Below, piece after piece: positions 36,723 through 47,689 of a stretch of 64,000 bases of DNA. The position numbers and the translations under genes were made by a program. Every line of letters begins with the position of its first letter. Position 1 is the first letter of the stretch. Source of the DNA: Ranitomeya imitator (Eukaryota); assembly GCF_032444005.1 (NCBI RefSeq), contig NC_091282.1:662222001-662286000 (forward strand). Direction: 5' to 3'. The notes under the pieces are model-generated. The model was given only the letters and a program-made list of their open reading frames with translations, did not search any database and had not been told where the DNA came from.

Positions 36723-37234
36723 ACCCCACGTCACTGCCTGATGTTCCCCACCACTGCCAGCGGCCGCCCACCTGCCCTCCACCCTTCTGCCCCTAATGCT
36801 GGTTATAAGGACCATTTGTCACCATGCTACAGCCAGTGCCATATTGTGTGGTCGGGGTCCTCCCGCCGCTCTGCCGCATGGTGGTGACCACTTTATATTC
36901 CGGAAGCTTCCGGCCGCTCTTGTGCTATTTTCAGTATTTTCCTGTGACTGTAGATGATGAAAGTTATCGTTCTATAAGGACGGGCACCTTATACCTCCAC
37001 AGTTATGTGGGGTCACCTTACTGCCAGGATCGGGGGTCAGGAGCCTGTCAGGCTTGCTGGGAGTTGTAGTTGTGCAGCAGGCTGCTGACCCCTGCTTCAG
37101 TCAACATGTGGTGGGTTTGAACGTTTCCCCTCCCCCGCTCTCAGATCATGTAGTCTGTAAATTACTGTAATACTACAACTCCTCATCTGTTCTGGGGAGG
37201 GGTTGGGGGATGCCTCTTATTTTTCCACCCAGCC

Positions 37235-37357
37235 AATAAATGCCACTTTCTTTCTTGTGTCCGGTCTGTGGTGGTCAATGGAGATCCCCCTATGGCAAGG
37301 CGGGATGACTTTTTGTTTCTGACTGGTTTTAAACAAATTTTTTAAGCTTTCAATAAA
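37235..37357 (+). terminator. TPM3: Poly(A) signals for exon 9d
   Basis: AATAAA at 37235 and 37352. Confidence 0.55.
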
Positions 37358-37763
37358 ATAAGGCTGCTACGAGAATGATACCATTGCTCTGTGCTTATTC
37401 CATTGACAAAGGGAACGTAACGGGGGAGTACAGGGAGGGAGCAGTAGTCAGCCCAACTCCTTTAAATTGCTGCTTTGATCAGTGTCTCCCCCTGGTGGTT
37501 GGGACAGGAGTGTTTAAATATATTCTGACTGCTCTGAGCAGTTTTGCTGCAAGGATGCATCTACTAAACCTCAGTGATCCAGAATTAAAGGGGTTGTAGT
37601 GCAAATCTATTTGCTGCTGGTGCGACTATTTTAGGGAATTTTTGTCTTCACTGGTGACTAGGGGTTCAGGTACATTGATGCCATAGTATAAGATGAAGGT
37701 GCCAACTGACAGGGAAGGTAGCTACGGATCTCTGTACAGGTGTGGTCCATTTTTAAGACACTA

Positions 37764-39003
37764 AGGGTATGTGCAGACATAGGTGGGATGTCTGCGTTTT
37801 TTTTCCGCACCTGTTTGTGTAAATCCACAGGCAAACCACACTGGATTACACCTGCAGATTCCTATTAGGGCAGTCCCACAAGTCCAGGTAATTCTGTTAC
37901 CAGAAAAATCGGTACCGGAATTATCCGTGTCCCTGTGCGTTTCTGTGGCACTTCAGTGTGGTACACATGTGCTGCCCGTGTGCCCACTGGGTACCACACG
38001 CACCGTGCAGGAGACAGCGCTAAAGTTTAGCGCTGTCCCTTGCATCTGGTGCTGAAGCCGCCATTGATATCTTCTCTGCAGCAGCGTTTGCTGTAGAGAA
38101 GATATGAATTTTTTTTTTTCTCGTTTAAAATAAAGATCCCTGTCCCCACCCCCTGTGCGCCCGCCCGCTGTTCTTAAAATACTCACCTGGCTCCCTCGCT
38201 GGCTGGCGCTGCTTCCTGTCCTGGCCGCACCTTCTACTGTATGAGCGGTCACGTGGGGCCGCCAATTAGTCATGAATATGTGGCTCCACCTCCCATAGGG
38301 GTGGAGCCACATAATCACTGTAAATGAGCGGCCCCACCTGACCGCTCAAACAGTAGGTGTGGCCAGGACAGGAAGCCGGGTGAGTATTTTAAGAACAGCG
38401 GGCGAGCGCACAGGGGGTGGGGACAGGGATCTTTATTTTAAACGAGAAAAAAAATTCATATCTTCTCTACAGCAAACTCTGCTGCAGAGAAGATATCAAT
38501 GGCGGCTTCAGCACCAGTGGGGGGGAGGGGACAGCGCTTACTGTAGCGCTGTCTCCTGCATGGCACACGGACTGCACAAGGACAACGTCAGTGTGCGGTA
38601 TGTGGTTTACACGGACCCATTGACTTTAATGGGTCCGTGTAATCCGTGCACTCCCACAAACACGTCTCCGTGTTTATCACACAGTCCGCAAAAAAAAAAA
38701 ATCAATGACATCTGCACAGATGCATTGATTTAACTGTGTCTACGTGTGTCAGTGGCTTCGGTACGTGAGGAAACTGTCACCTCACGTACCGGAGCCACTG
38801 ACGTGTGCAACTGGCCTTATGGAGCAGGAGGAATCCGCACAAAGAATTGACATGCTGTGGAATAGACAATGCTATGTTTCCACGTGGTTTTTCCAGCAGC
38901 ATGTGCACTGCGGATTGTTTTCCATAGGTTTACATGGTACTGTAAACTCATGAAAAACTGCTGCGAATCCGCAGCAGCCAATCCGCATCATGTGCACATA
39001 GTC
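37764..39003. mobile_element. MITE (20412 family) split by a nested MITE at 37868-38816
   Basis: Outer ends GGGTATGTGCAGAC and ATGTGCACATAGTC; the inner element has a TTA TSD and is an inverted copy of 17039-18011. Confidence 0.75.
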
Positions 39004-39768
39004 TAAAAGGGAAAACTGTGTACCTGAAGGAACAGTTACATATGGCACAGAAGGGGATTGCAGTGGACACAGCCCCTCTGCTCAAGTGTTACTGCCCCTA
39101 TTGGAGACTGCTGTGAGATTCTGCAAGCCATAGCATCACAGCTGTATAGTTCTGATCCCCAAGAACCTCTGCAGGGATTTGGGACACCCTGCAGCATCCT
39201 GATCCATCTGTAATGAGGCTGCCTTGACAAAGGCATGTTACCATCATAAAGTTGAATGGAAAACTGATGTGAACTCTGGTTTCAGGCAGTGGATGCTCAA
39301 AAGTGGGCTCCATGGATCAGGTAAGATTAGCAGTCACCTGCGAGCTAGCATGAGTCCACCACGTGGTGGCAGCAGACCATTCACCCATGGCACTGCCTCA
39401 GAGTTTGCTGCTGGTGCCAGGATACACTATCTCTTTAAAAGGTGTAGTACATGAATTCCTGTCCTGGCTGTCTTATTGCTTTCTGAAGACTGCCGTAGGT
39501 GCAAAGCTCCTGAGGATCATTCACCTGGTCAATGATGGGTGTTTCCCTCTGCTGAGGCCAGATGTGCAGGGTGTGATGGCACATTTGTCAGCACAGAATA
39601 AAGACTTGCTCAGTTATCAGGAAAATGTTACACAAATTCAGGTTCTGGAGTAAAAATGGTCACGGAGTCAGATGCGGACTGTTGGGTGGATGGTGAATCC
39701 CCATTGCCAGATAATTTGTGAACTATAAGGAGCTGCATTATCGAGCAACAGATAATCTTAATATATAA

Positions 39769-40060
39769 GGGTATGTTTCCACGTTCAGTAAATGCTGCGT
39801 TTGACGCTGCATTGAGCCGCAGTGTCCAGATGTTACAGCATAGTGGATTTCATGAAATCCCATCTCCACTATGCATTAAGACGCATGTGGCATACCCGCA
39901 AAAATGCACATGTGGCACATCTTTTAAAAACGCAGCATGTCCTTACAATGCAGAAACGCAAGGACAGCGCAGGTGACCTGCCAGTGACCTCAGGTGCAGG
40001 TTTGGTCAGGATTTTACCTGCATAAATTCCTGACCAAATCCTGAACATGGACACATACCC
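39769..40060. mobile_element. MITE (TIR GGGTATGT(T/G)TCCA(C/T)GTTCAG)
   Basis: TIRs; flanks TAA/TAC. Confidence 0.75.
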
Positions 40061-40552
40061 TACCAATCTGCCAACATCACAACCTCCACATTGTGGAAGA
40101 TTTCCTGTGAAGAAGCTATGGCAGGTCACCCTGAACCAGGCTCAGGTTGATTTCCTACCCCACATAACCTGCTTGACCACCTCATTGTGTAGAGCTGCAT
40201 TGTACTGCACATGCCATCCTGTCACTTTCAGTGCTTTCATCAGACTTCTGTGGTCCTTGCATGTCCAGACAAGTTTCATGAGGAACAGTACCTCTCCACT
40301 CAGTCAGAACATGGGATAGATTAGTTTCTGAATATCCCTCTACCTTTCAGCCCCCTCCCCAGGTATTGACTGATTTCTCACCATAGAAGGTCCCATTCTA
40401 TTCTGTTGTACCCATTCCCCATGAGCCGCAATCAAACACAAATTAGCAGGATCATTCAATGTTGTTTAATGGACATAAGACACTCCCCACCTCTCAGGGG
40501 TCCAACAATTCCTGGAAATAACATTCTGAACACAATCAAATTGTATACAAAA

Positions 40553-40558
40553 TTTATT
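40553..40558 (-). terminator. RPS27: RPS27 poly(A) signal
   Basis: AATAAA on the minus strand ~120 nt after the stop. Confidence 0.7.
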
Positions 40559-40675
40559 GACAGTCAGGGTAGAGGCTACAGTGTCCTGGGGTCAGCAGAG
40601 CCTGGCCCCCGCTGCCATGTACAGTCCACTCCAGACAAATGGCACTGCCACCGCACGGATCCAGAGCATCCACAT

Positions 40676-40704
40676 CTAATGCTGCTTCCGCCTGAAAGAG
40701 CAAC
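40676..40704 (-). CDS. RPS27: RPS27 exon 4
   Basis: (G)CSFRRKQH* with TAG stop; 29 nt, CAG acceptor. Confidence 0.95.
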
Positions 40705-40761
40705 CTGTGAGGAGAGAAGAAGAGTCAGCAGCTGAAGCACCATTCTGACAGGTGTGTCTAC

Positions 40762-40905
40762 AAGAGCACCCCAACAGTACAAAGATCCCCTGGACTATGG
40801 CCACAGTAGGAGCACCCCAACAGTACAAAGATCCCCTGGACTATGGCCACAGTAGGAGCACCCCAACAGTACAAAGATCCCCTGGACTATGGCCACAGTA
40901 GGAGC
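40762..40905. repeat. 46-bp tandem repeat, ~3 copies, in RPS27 intron 3
   Basis: AGGAGCACCCCAACAGTACAAAGATCCCCTGGACTATGGCCACAGT. Confidence 0.9.
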
Positions 40906-41601
40906 ACCCCAACATTAAATTAAAAGTACCGTACTTGGTCTTATGAGGTCTTTGTGAGATTCATCCATGGTACCATTTAGTGCCAATGCGCTTCCAATTT
41001 TGTGTAAATCATTGTATTTATATAGCGTCCACATATTCACAGCATTGTGCACTTGAAAGCCTGTATTCTTGCTGTTTTTTTTTTTAATGAGACACTGGAC
41101 AGTTAAAGAGTACTGGTGGTTACTAGTGATGAGTGAACATGATCAGTAAACGCTGCATACTTGCGTAGCATCCAGCAAGAAATCTCAAGACCACCATGCA
41201 TCCAGAAGCTCGCAGCTCACCTGCGGAGCATTTTTCCAGACCGCAGCATGTCTCTTGTGGAGACGCGAGCCTCAGCAGGGCAAGTTTCATCAGTATTGGG
41301 AGCGGTGATTCTGCACAGTTCATGCAGAATCACCTGCGTTCAACAGACAGAAGCGCTTTGGACACAGCAGACATGTGCTGCATCCAAAGCACTGCCAATT
41401 CCTGATCGTGGGCACTTACCCCAATGTCATGCCTTTATCACACATAAGTCTACAGGCACCAATGCCAGCACCTGAGCTGCTTTCCAGCACTGATTTTTAC
41501 TGACAAGAGAAACACTGGTCTGGTTTTGTTGGTACAGTCAAACAGTTATGGCAGGTGTACAGTTGTCAGCGTGGTTTTCATGTACACATGCTGCATTAGG
41601 C

Positions 41602-41784
41602 CAGTGTTCCCCAACTCCAGTCCTCAAGAGCCACCAACAGGTCTTGTTTTCAGGATTTCCTTAGCATTGCCCAGGTGATGGAATTATTGCCTGTGCAGGG
41701 GATGCAATTATCACCTGTGCAATACTAAGGAAATACTGAAAACATGACCTGGTGGCACTTGAGGACCGGAGTTGGGGAACACTG
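41602..41784. mobile_element. hAT-type MITE
   Basis: TIR CAGTGTTCCCCAACTCC with a perfect 8-bp TSD CATTAGGC. Confidence 0.9.
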
Positions 41785-42230
41785 CATTAGGCGATAACAT
41801 TTCTCCTACACATGATGGGGTAATGTTCTCTAGTGAGTGATCCCTGTATAACAGCTATAGGGGCTGTTTGGTGAAAAATACACATTAGGACAGGTTGTAT
41901 CTCGATGGTTAGAGTTGCCAGAATGGGGGATTTTTAACCCGTTACAAGGTTGTGCAGCAGGCGAGATGCCCAACCATAGATGTAATCACACTAAGGTGCT
42001 GTTGGCAAAAGGCTGGCACAGAGCACACCAGACCCATAGGGAATGAGTAGTGCAGCAGTCAGACCACCAGTCAGCATGTTAGCCATCCTCTGGACAAATG
42101 CCTTGTTTTCACAAAACACTGCCTTTAAATGGGGGGTTTCCAGATTTTGAAGAGCCCTTTAACCCATGCTGTATAGCCCACATACAAGTAAATCAGCAAT
42201 CATTAGTCTCTCTACGTGAACAGAACTCAC

Positions 42231-42341
42231 CCTCTGTCAGTCGCGCCTTGCCGCCTGTGGGCTGGCAGAGGACCGTGGAGCAGCCCACACACAGGACGAC
42301 CGTCTGAGCATGGCTGAACACCGTGGTGATCTTATAACAAC
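42231..42341 (-). CDS. RPS27: RPS27 exon 3
   Basis: (G)[36 protein letters not shown]; 111 nt; zinc-finger Cys residues. Confidence 0.97.
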
Positions 42342-42422
42342 CTGCAGGGACACGAAGGTGGACATGGTCAGACATTGTACACGTAGCAGGACAGAACAAG
42401 ACCCTCCCCTCCGAACACTCAC

Positions 42423-42531
42423 CTGGACACTTCACGTCCATGAAGTAAGAGTTTGGGCTTTGGACCAAGCGCTTCTTCTTGTGCTTCCGCTTCTCCTCCT
42501 CGGGAGAGGGGTGCAGGAGGTCTTTAGCGAG
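42423..42531 (-). CDS. RPS27: RPS27 exon 2
   Basis: [36 protein letters not shown]; 109 nt. Confidence 0.97.
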
Positions 42532-43260
42532 CTGTGGAAGGAGCAGAAAGACCCCAAAACAGTTATCCTCTAATTCACAACAGACAAAAACAATACATAC
42601 CCCTGCAGAGACCCCCTCCCCAAGCAACCTGTAGAGACCCAAAATAATTATTCACCCAAGAACTGAAATCTAGACCGCTCGCAAACCCAGGTATAGAGAC
42701 CCCTAAAAACACACACACATACTCCTAGTCACCTGTAGAGACCCCCCCCCCAAAAAAAAAAAAAAACACCAAAAGGCACCCGTAGAGACAAAAAAAAAAA
42801 TCCTCAAAACTTAAATAGACCCCGATATAAACTCAACTGTAGAGACCCATAGTAAATCTACACCCCCTGAACTCCACTTCAGACCCCAAAAAGCATTGTA
42901 ACCAGCACATACCCCGCTCAGCAGATGTAATCTTATTACCTGGTAAATTAGCCCCCAATCACCAGCCCTTAGGGTCAGCAGCACAGATAACCATAGAAAC
43001 AGCTTACACTCTAACCACCCCGCCCCCCAATCAGTACACGCAGACCCCTGAGCTCACTGGCTGGGGCCCACCCACATAGTGATACAAGAAGCCTCTACTC
43101 CAGGCCTCGCTGCGCCATCTTGCCCGCGTTTCGCCCTCGTTACCACCCTCTCTGCGCCCCCAGCAGAACTCCCCATTATATCATCCCCCACCCTGGTCAC
43201 GACCCCGCTTTCCCAACCGCATTCCACCATCCCAGGCCCAGCTCCGCTCCCCGCACTCAC

Positions 43261-43266
43261 AGGCAT
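43261..43266 (-). CDS. RPS27: RPS27 exon 1 coding part (Met-Pro)
   Basis: ATGCCT|GTGAGT; the exons sum to 255 nt = 84 aa plus stop. Confidence 0.93.
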
Positions 43267-43284
43267 GTTCTCAGGACTCGGCCG

Positions 43285-43385
43285 CTGTAGAAAAGGAGGG
43301 AGACCGGAAGCGGAACGCTCTATATAAGGCAGAGAGGCTCAGCGCCCGGAAGTGACGTATTGGAGGCGGCGGCCCGCCATCTTAG
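43285..43385. promoter_or_regulatory. RPS27: RPS27 TOP promoter, possibly bidirectional with RAB13
   Basis: Minus-strand pyrimidine tract CCCTCCTTTTC (~43290-43300), TATA-like element at 43321, ETS motifs CCGGAAG, adjacent TGACGT, and a YY1-like CGCCATCTT at ~43375. Confidence 0.7.
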
Positions 43386-43869
43386 GAAGGTCATTGGCGA
43401 TCTTTGTGATCATTGGGGACAAGAGCTGGTGGGGGGGGGGCATAGAGCGTTCAGGAATCTTTGTGTCCCAAGGACAGAGGGTAAACGGCCGGGGGCAGGG
43501 TAACTGTAGGGCCCGGTAGCCAAAAATAAGGCAGCGCAATGGAGGAGACAAGTCAGGACATGTTCTGTGGTACCTAGCACTGAGGAGGGGCTAGGCCGAG
43601 CAGCTGACCACTCCAGTGCCTAGCCCACCTGAGTCCTACACTGCAGTTCTGCAGGACCAGACACGTCTACATTTGTGTATATGGCATTGATAATTTTCCG
43701 CCTCGCTGTACATACTGTCAGGGGCTGCGGTGGCGTTCACGGTGGTCACCAGCTGCGATTTGTGACTTGCCCATTTCTTACATAGTGGCTGAATGATGTG
43801 CTAGATTCATAAGGAGGCCACCACAGCCACGTACCCTCGCGTCCAACCCACAGCATTCATGTGCACATA

Positions 43870-44600
43870 CCCTAACTAGGGAATATATAGCTGCCAGAGG
43901 GGGGAGGAGATTGATTCAGGAACTTACTGGGAGCTGCGCAGGAGCAGAATGAGCCAGGAACTAACTGTGAACTATATAGCTGGTAGAGGGGGAGAGGAGA
44001 CAAATCCAGGAACTATACAGCTGCCAGAAGGGAGAGGAGGCTGATTCAGAAACTTACTGGGAACTATACAGCTGCCAGAGGGGGGCACATAAGCAGATTG
44101 ATCCAGGAACTATGAACTATATAGCAGGTGGAGGGGGGGGAGAGACAAATCCAGGAACTATATAGCTGCCTGAAGGGGGTAGAAGACTGATCCAGTAACT
44201 AAAAACAAACACCTAAACGATGGTGCCCTCTCGGCCAACAGGGGGCATACCTCTAGGCCTAACCATATAAACCTAAAACAACATTGAACGCACTAGACAG
44301 ATCAAGTGATATCTAGATCCAAAAGATCATACTAAAAATGGTCATTCAGCACAGACCTTTGGTCAATGACCATTTTTAGTATGATCTTTTGGATCTAGGT
44401 ATCACTTGATCTGTCTGATGCGTTCAATGTTGTTTTAGGTTTATATGATCGAGTAACTAAGCAGGAACTATACAGCTGCCAGTGGAGGGAGGAGACTGAT
44501 CCAGGAATTTATTGAGAACTGTACAGCTGCCAGAGGGGCGAGGGACTGATCCAGAAACTAACTAGGGACTATACAGCTGCCAGAGGAGGAAAAAACTAAT
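43870..44600. repeat. Degenerate tandem repeat (CCAGGAACTATACAGCTGCCAGAGGGGG...) with an inserted hairpin
   Basis: About 10 imperfect copies; foldback insertion at 44203-44446. Confidence 0.75.
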
Positions 44601-44949
44601 CTGTTGATAACAAGGAAAGGGTAAAAAAGCAACGAAAAGCAACAATATCGTTAACAATATCGTTATGTGTGAAGGTACCTTAACACTTGGGTGCTTTTGG
44701 GACTTTGATAGAGGACAGAGCAATGGGGAATTTCACACTGATCAGTTGCCTGTGGAGGGTGAAGTGAAGACTGAGACAGATAAATTATAGTAAAGTATTG
44801 GGTAGTTGTCTCTCCCGACTTATGTGTCACACTTTTTCCTTTGCACCTTCTCTGTGTCACACTTCCCGATTTCTCTTTTCCACACACGGTATCTCCTGTG
44901 GTAGTGATCTCCATGCCCTGTGTGTCAGGTGAAGTGTTGCTTCTTCCTT

Positions 44950-47250
44950 GATGTCTCCTTTGTCCTGGGTGGAGAGCCTCCTCTTCCCTGGTGACTCCTG
45001 GGTCCCGGGTGGAGTGCCTACCCATCTCTGGTGGGTCCTGGGTGGAGTGAATACCCTTCTCTGGTGGCTCCTGGGTCTCAGGTGGAGTGCCTCCTTTTCA
45101 TCCCCGATGGCTCTTGGGTCTCAGGTGGAGTGTCTCCTCTGTCCCGGGTGTACTTCCTCCTCTTCTTTATTGGTTGCTCCTCTGTCCCGGGTGGTGTGCC
45201 TCCTTTTCTTCCCTGGTGGCTCCTCTGTCCTGGGTGAAGTGCCTCTTCTTCCCTGGTGTCTCCTCTGTCCTGGCTGGAGTGCCCCCTTTTCTTCCCTGGT
45301 GGCTTCTGGGTCCCAGGTGGAGTGCCTTCTCTTTGTCCCTGGTGGCTTCTGGGTCCCAGGTGGAGTGCCTTCTCTTCTTCCCTGGTGGCTCCTGGGTCCC
45401 AGATGGAGTGCCTCCTCATTTTCCCTGGTGGCTCCTCTGTCCCAGGTGTAGTGCCTCCTCTTCTTCCTTGGTTGCTCCTCTGTCCCGGGTGGAGTGCCTC
45501 CTTTTCTTCCCTGGTGGCTGCTCTGTCCTGATTGGAGTGACTTCTCTTTATTCTTGGTGGCTCCTGGGTCCCGGGTGAAGTGGCTCCTGGGTCCCGGGTG
45601 GAGTGACTCTTCTTCCTTAGTGGCTCCTGGGTCCCGGGTGGAGTGTCTCCTCTTTATCCCTGGTGGCTTCTGGGTCCTGGGTGGAGTGCCTCCTCTTCTT
45701 CTTCCTTGGTGGCTCCTCTGTCCCAGGAGGTGTGCCTCCTCTTTCTTCACTGGTGGCTCCTCTGTCCCTGGTGGAGTGACTCTTCTTCCTCAGTGTCTCC
45801 TCTGTCCCGGGTGGAGATCCTCCTCTTCTTCCTTGGTGGCATCCAAGTGGAGTGCCTCCTCTTCATCCCTGGTGGCTCCTGGGTCCCGAGTGGAGTGCCA
45901 CCTCTTCATCCCTTGTGGCTCCTTGGTACCAGGTGGAGTGCCTCCTTTTCATCCCTGATGGCTCCTGGGTCCCAGGTGGAATGCCTCTTCCCTGGTGTCT
46001 CCTCTGTCCCAGGTGGAGTGCCTCCTCTTTTTCCTTGGTGGCTCTTGGGTCTCTGGTGGGGTGCCTCCTCTTTTTCCCTGGTGGCGTGCCTCCTCTTCAT
46101 TCCTGGTGTCTCCTGGATCCCAGGTGGAGTGCCTCCTTTTCATCCCCGATGGCTCCTGGGTCTCAGGTGGAGTGCCTCCTCTTCTTCCCTGGTGTCTCCT
46201 CTGTCCTGGCTGGAGTGCCCCCTCTTCTTCCCTGGTGGCTTCTGGGTCCCAGGTGGAGTGCCTCCTCTTCTTCCTTGGTTGCTCCTCTGTCCCGGGTGGA
46301 GTGCCTCCTTTTCTTCCCTGGTGGCTGCTCTGTCCTGGTTGGAGTGACTTCTCTTTATCCTTGGTGGCTCCTGGGTGAAGTGGCTCCTGGGTCCCGGGTG
46401 GAGTGACTCTTCTTCCTTAGTGGGTCCCGGGTGGAGTGTCTCCTCTTTATCCCTGGTGGCTTCTGGGTCCTGGGTGGAGTGCCTCCTCTTCTTCTTCCTT
46501 GGTGGCTCCTCTGTCCCGGGTGGTGTGCCTCCTTTCTTCCCTAGTTACTCATCTGTCCCTGGTGGAGTGACTCTTCTTCCTCGGTGTCTCCTCTGTCCCG
46601 GGTGGAGTGCCTCCTCTTTTTCCCTGGTGGCTCATCTGTCCCAGGATGGATTGCCTACTCCTCTTTCCTGGTGGCTCCTCTGTCCCGGGTGGAATGCCTC
46701 CTTTTCTTCCCTGGTGTCATTTGTAGTCTCGGGTGGAGTGCCTCATCCTCGTCTCTGGTGTCTCCTGCGGTCCTGGGTGGAGTGCCTCCTCCTCTCCCCT
46801 GGTGTCTCCTGTGTCTAGTGCCTCCTCTTCTTCCCTAATGTCTCCTGGGTCCCCAGGTGGAGTGCCTCCTCCTATTCCTTGGTGTCATTTGTGGTCCCTG
46901 GTGAAGTGCATCCTCCTCTTGCCTGGTGTCGTCAGTGTCCACGGGTGGAGTGCCTGCTCTTCTTCCCTGGTGTCTCCTGGGTTCCCGAATGGAGAGCCTT
47001 TTTATCCTCTCTGGTGTCTCCTGTGGTCCTGGGTGGAGTGCCTCCTCCTCTTCTCTGGTGTCTCCTGTGTCCCTGCATGGAGTTCCTCCTCTTCTTCCCT
47101 AGTGTCTCCTGGGCCCCGGGTGGAGTGCCTCCTCCTCTTCCCTGGTATCTTCAGGGTCCTGTCTACAGTGTCTCTTCCCAGGTATCTCCTGTGTCCCTGG
47201 TGTAGTTCCTCTTAGTGACCCTTGTGTCTCGGGTGGAGTGCCTCCTCTTC
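44950..47250. repeat. Pyrimidine-skewed ~40-45 bp degenerate minisatellite
   Basis: Recurring GGGTGGAGTGCCTCCTCTTCTTCCCTGGTGGCTCCTCTGTCCC. Confidence 0.9.
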
Positions 47251-47445
47251 CCATTCTTTCCTTCATTCCTGCAGGTTTTCCTCTTCTTTTTTTTCCTGGC
47301 CAATCCTGAGTTGTCTCCCAGCGGCTCCCCCTCCTCCTCTCCTCGCCTCTTCCTCGCCCCTGTCCTCTCTTCCTCCTCCTCCTCTTTTGGCTCTCTTCTT
47401 TTTTTTTTTTTACTTTTGCTCTCCTCTTTTCCTCTCCAGGTCAAT

Positions 47446-47569
47446 ATGGCAAAATCCTATGACCATCTCTTCAAGCTGTTGCTGATCGGAGACAGTGGGG
47501 TGGGGAAGACTTGTTTGATCGTCCGCTTCTCTGAGGACAGCTTCAACAACACCTACATCTCCACCATAG
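47446..47569 (+). CDS. RAB13: RAB13 coding exon 1
   Basis: [41 protein letters not shown](G); P-loop; 124 nt. N-terminal signature and synteny favour RAB13 over RAB8/RAB10. Confidence 0.93.
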
Positions 47570-47689
47570 GTAACTTGTCCTTGCCCTTCCCCTCTGGCCG
47601 GGGGATCTACAGGCACCCAGAGCTAGAGTGTAGACTGTTAGCTCTGTGGGCGAGCTGTAAGGTCTGTGTGTGAACCGGTTCTGTATCTT

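Noticed and set aside
39030-39760. Short ORFs between TPM3 and RPS27 as possible NUP210L remnants
   Set aside because: No recognisable similarity or consistent splice structure by eye.
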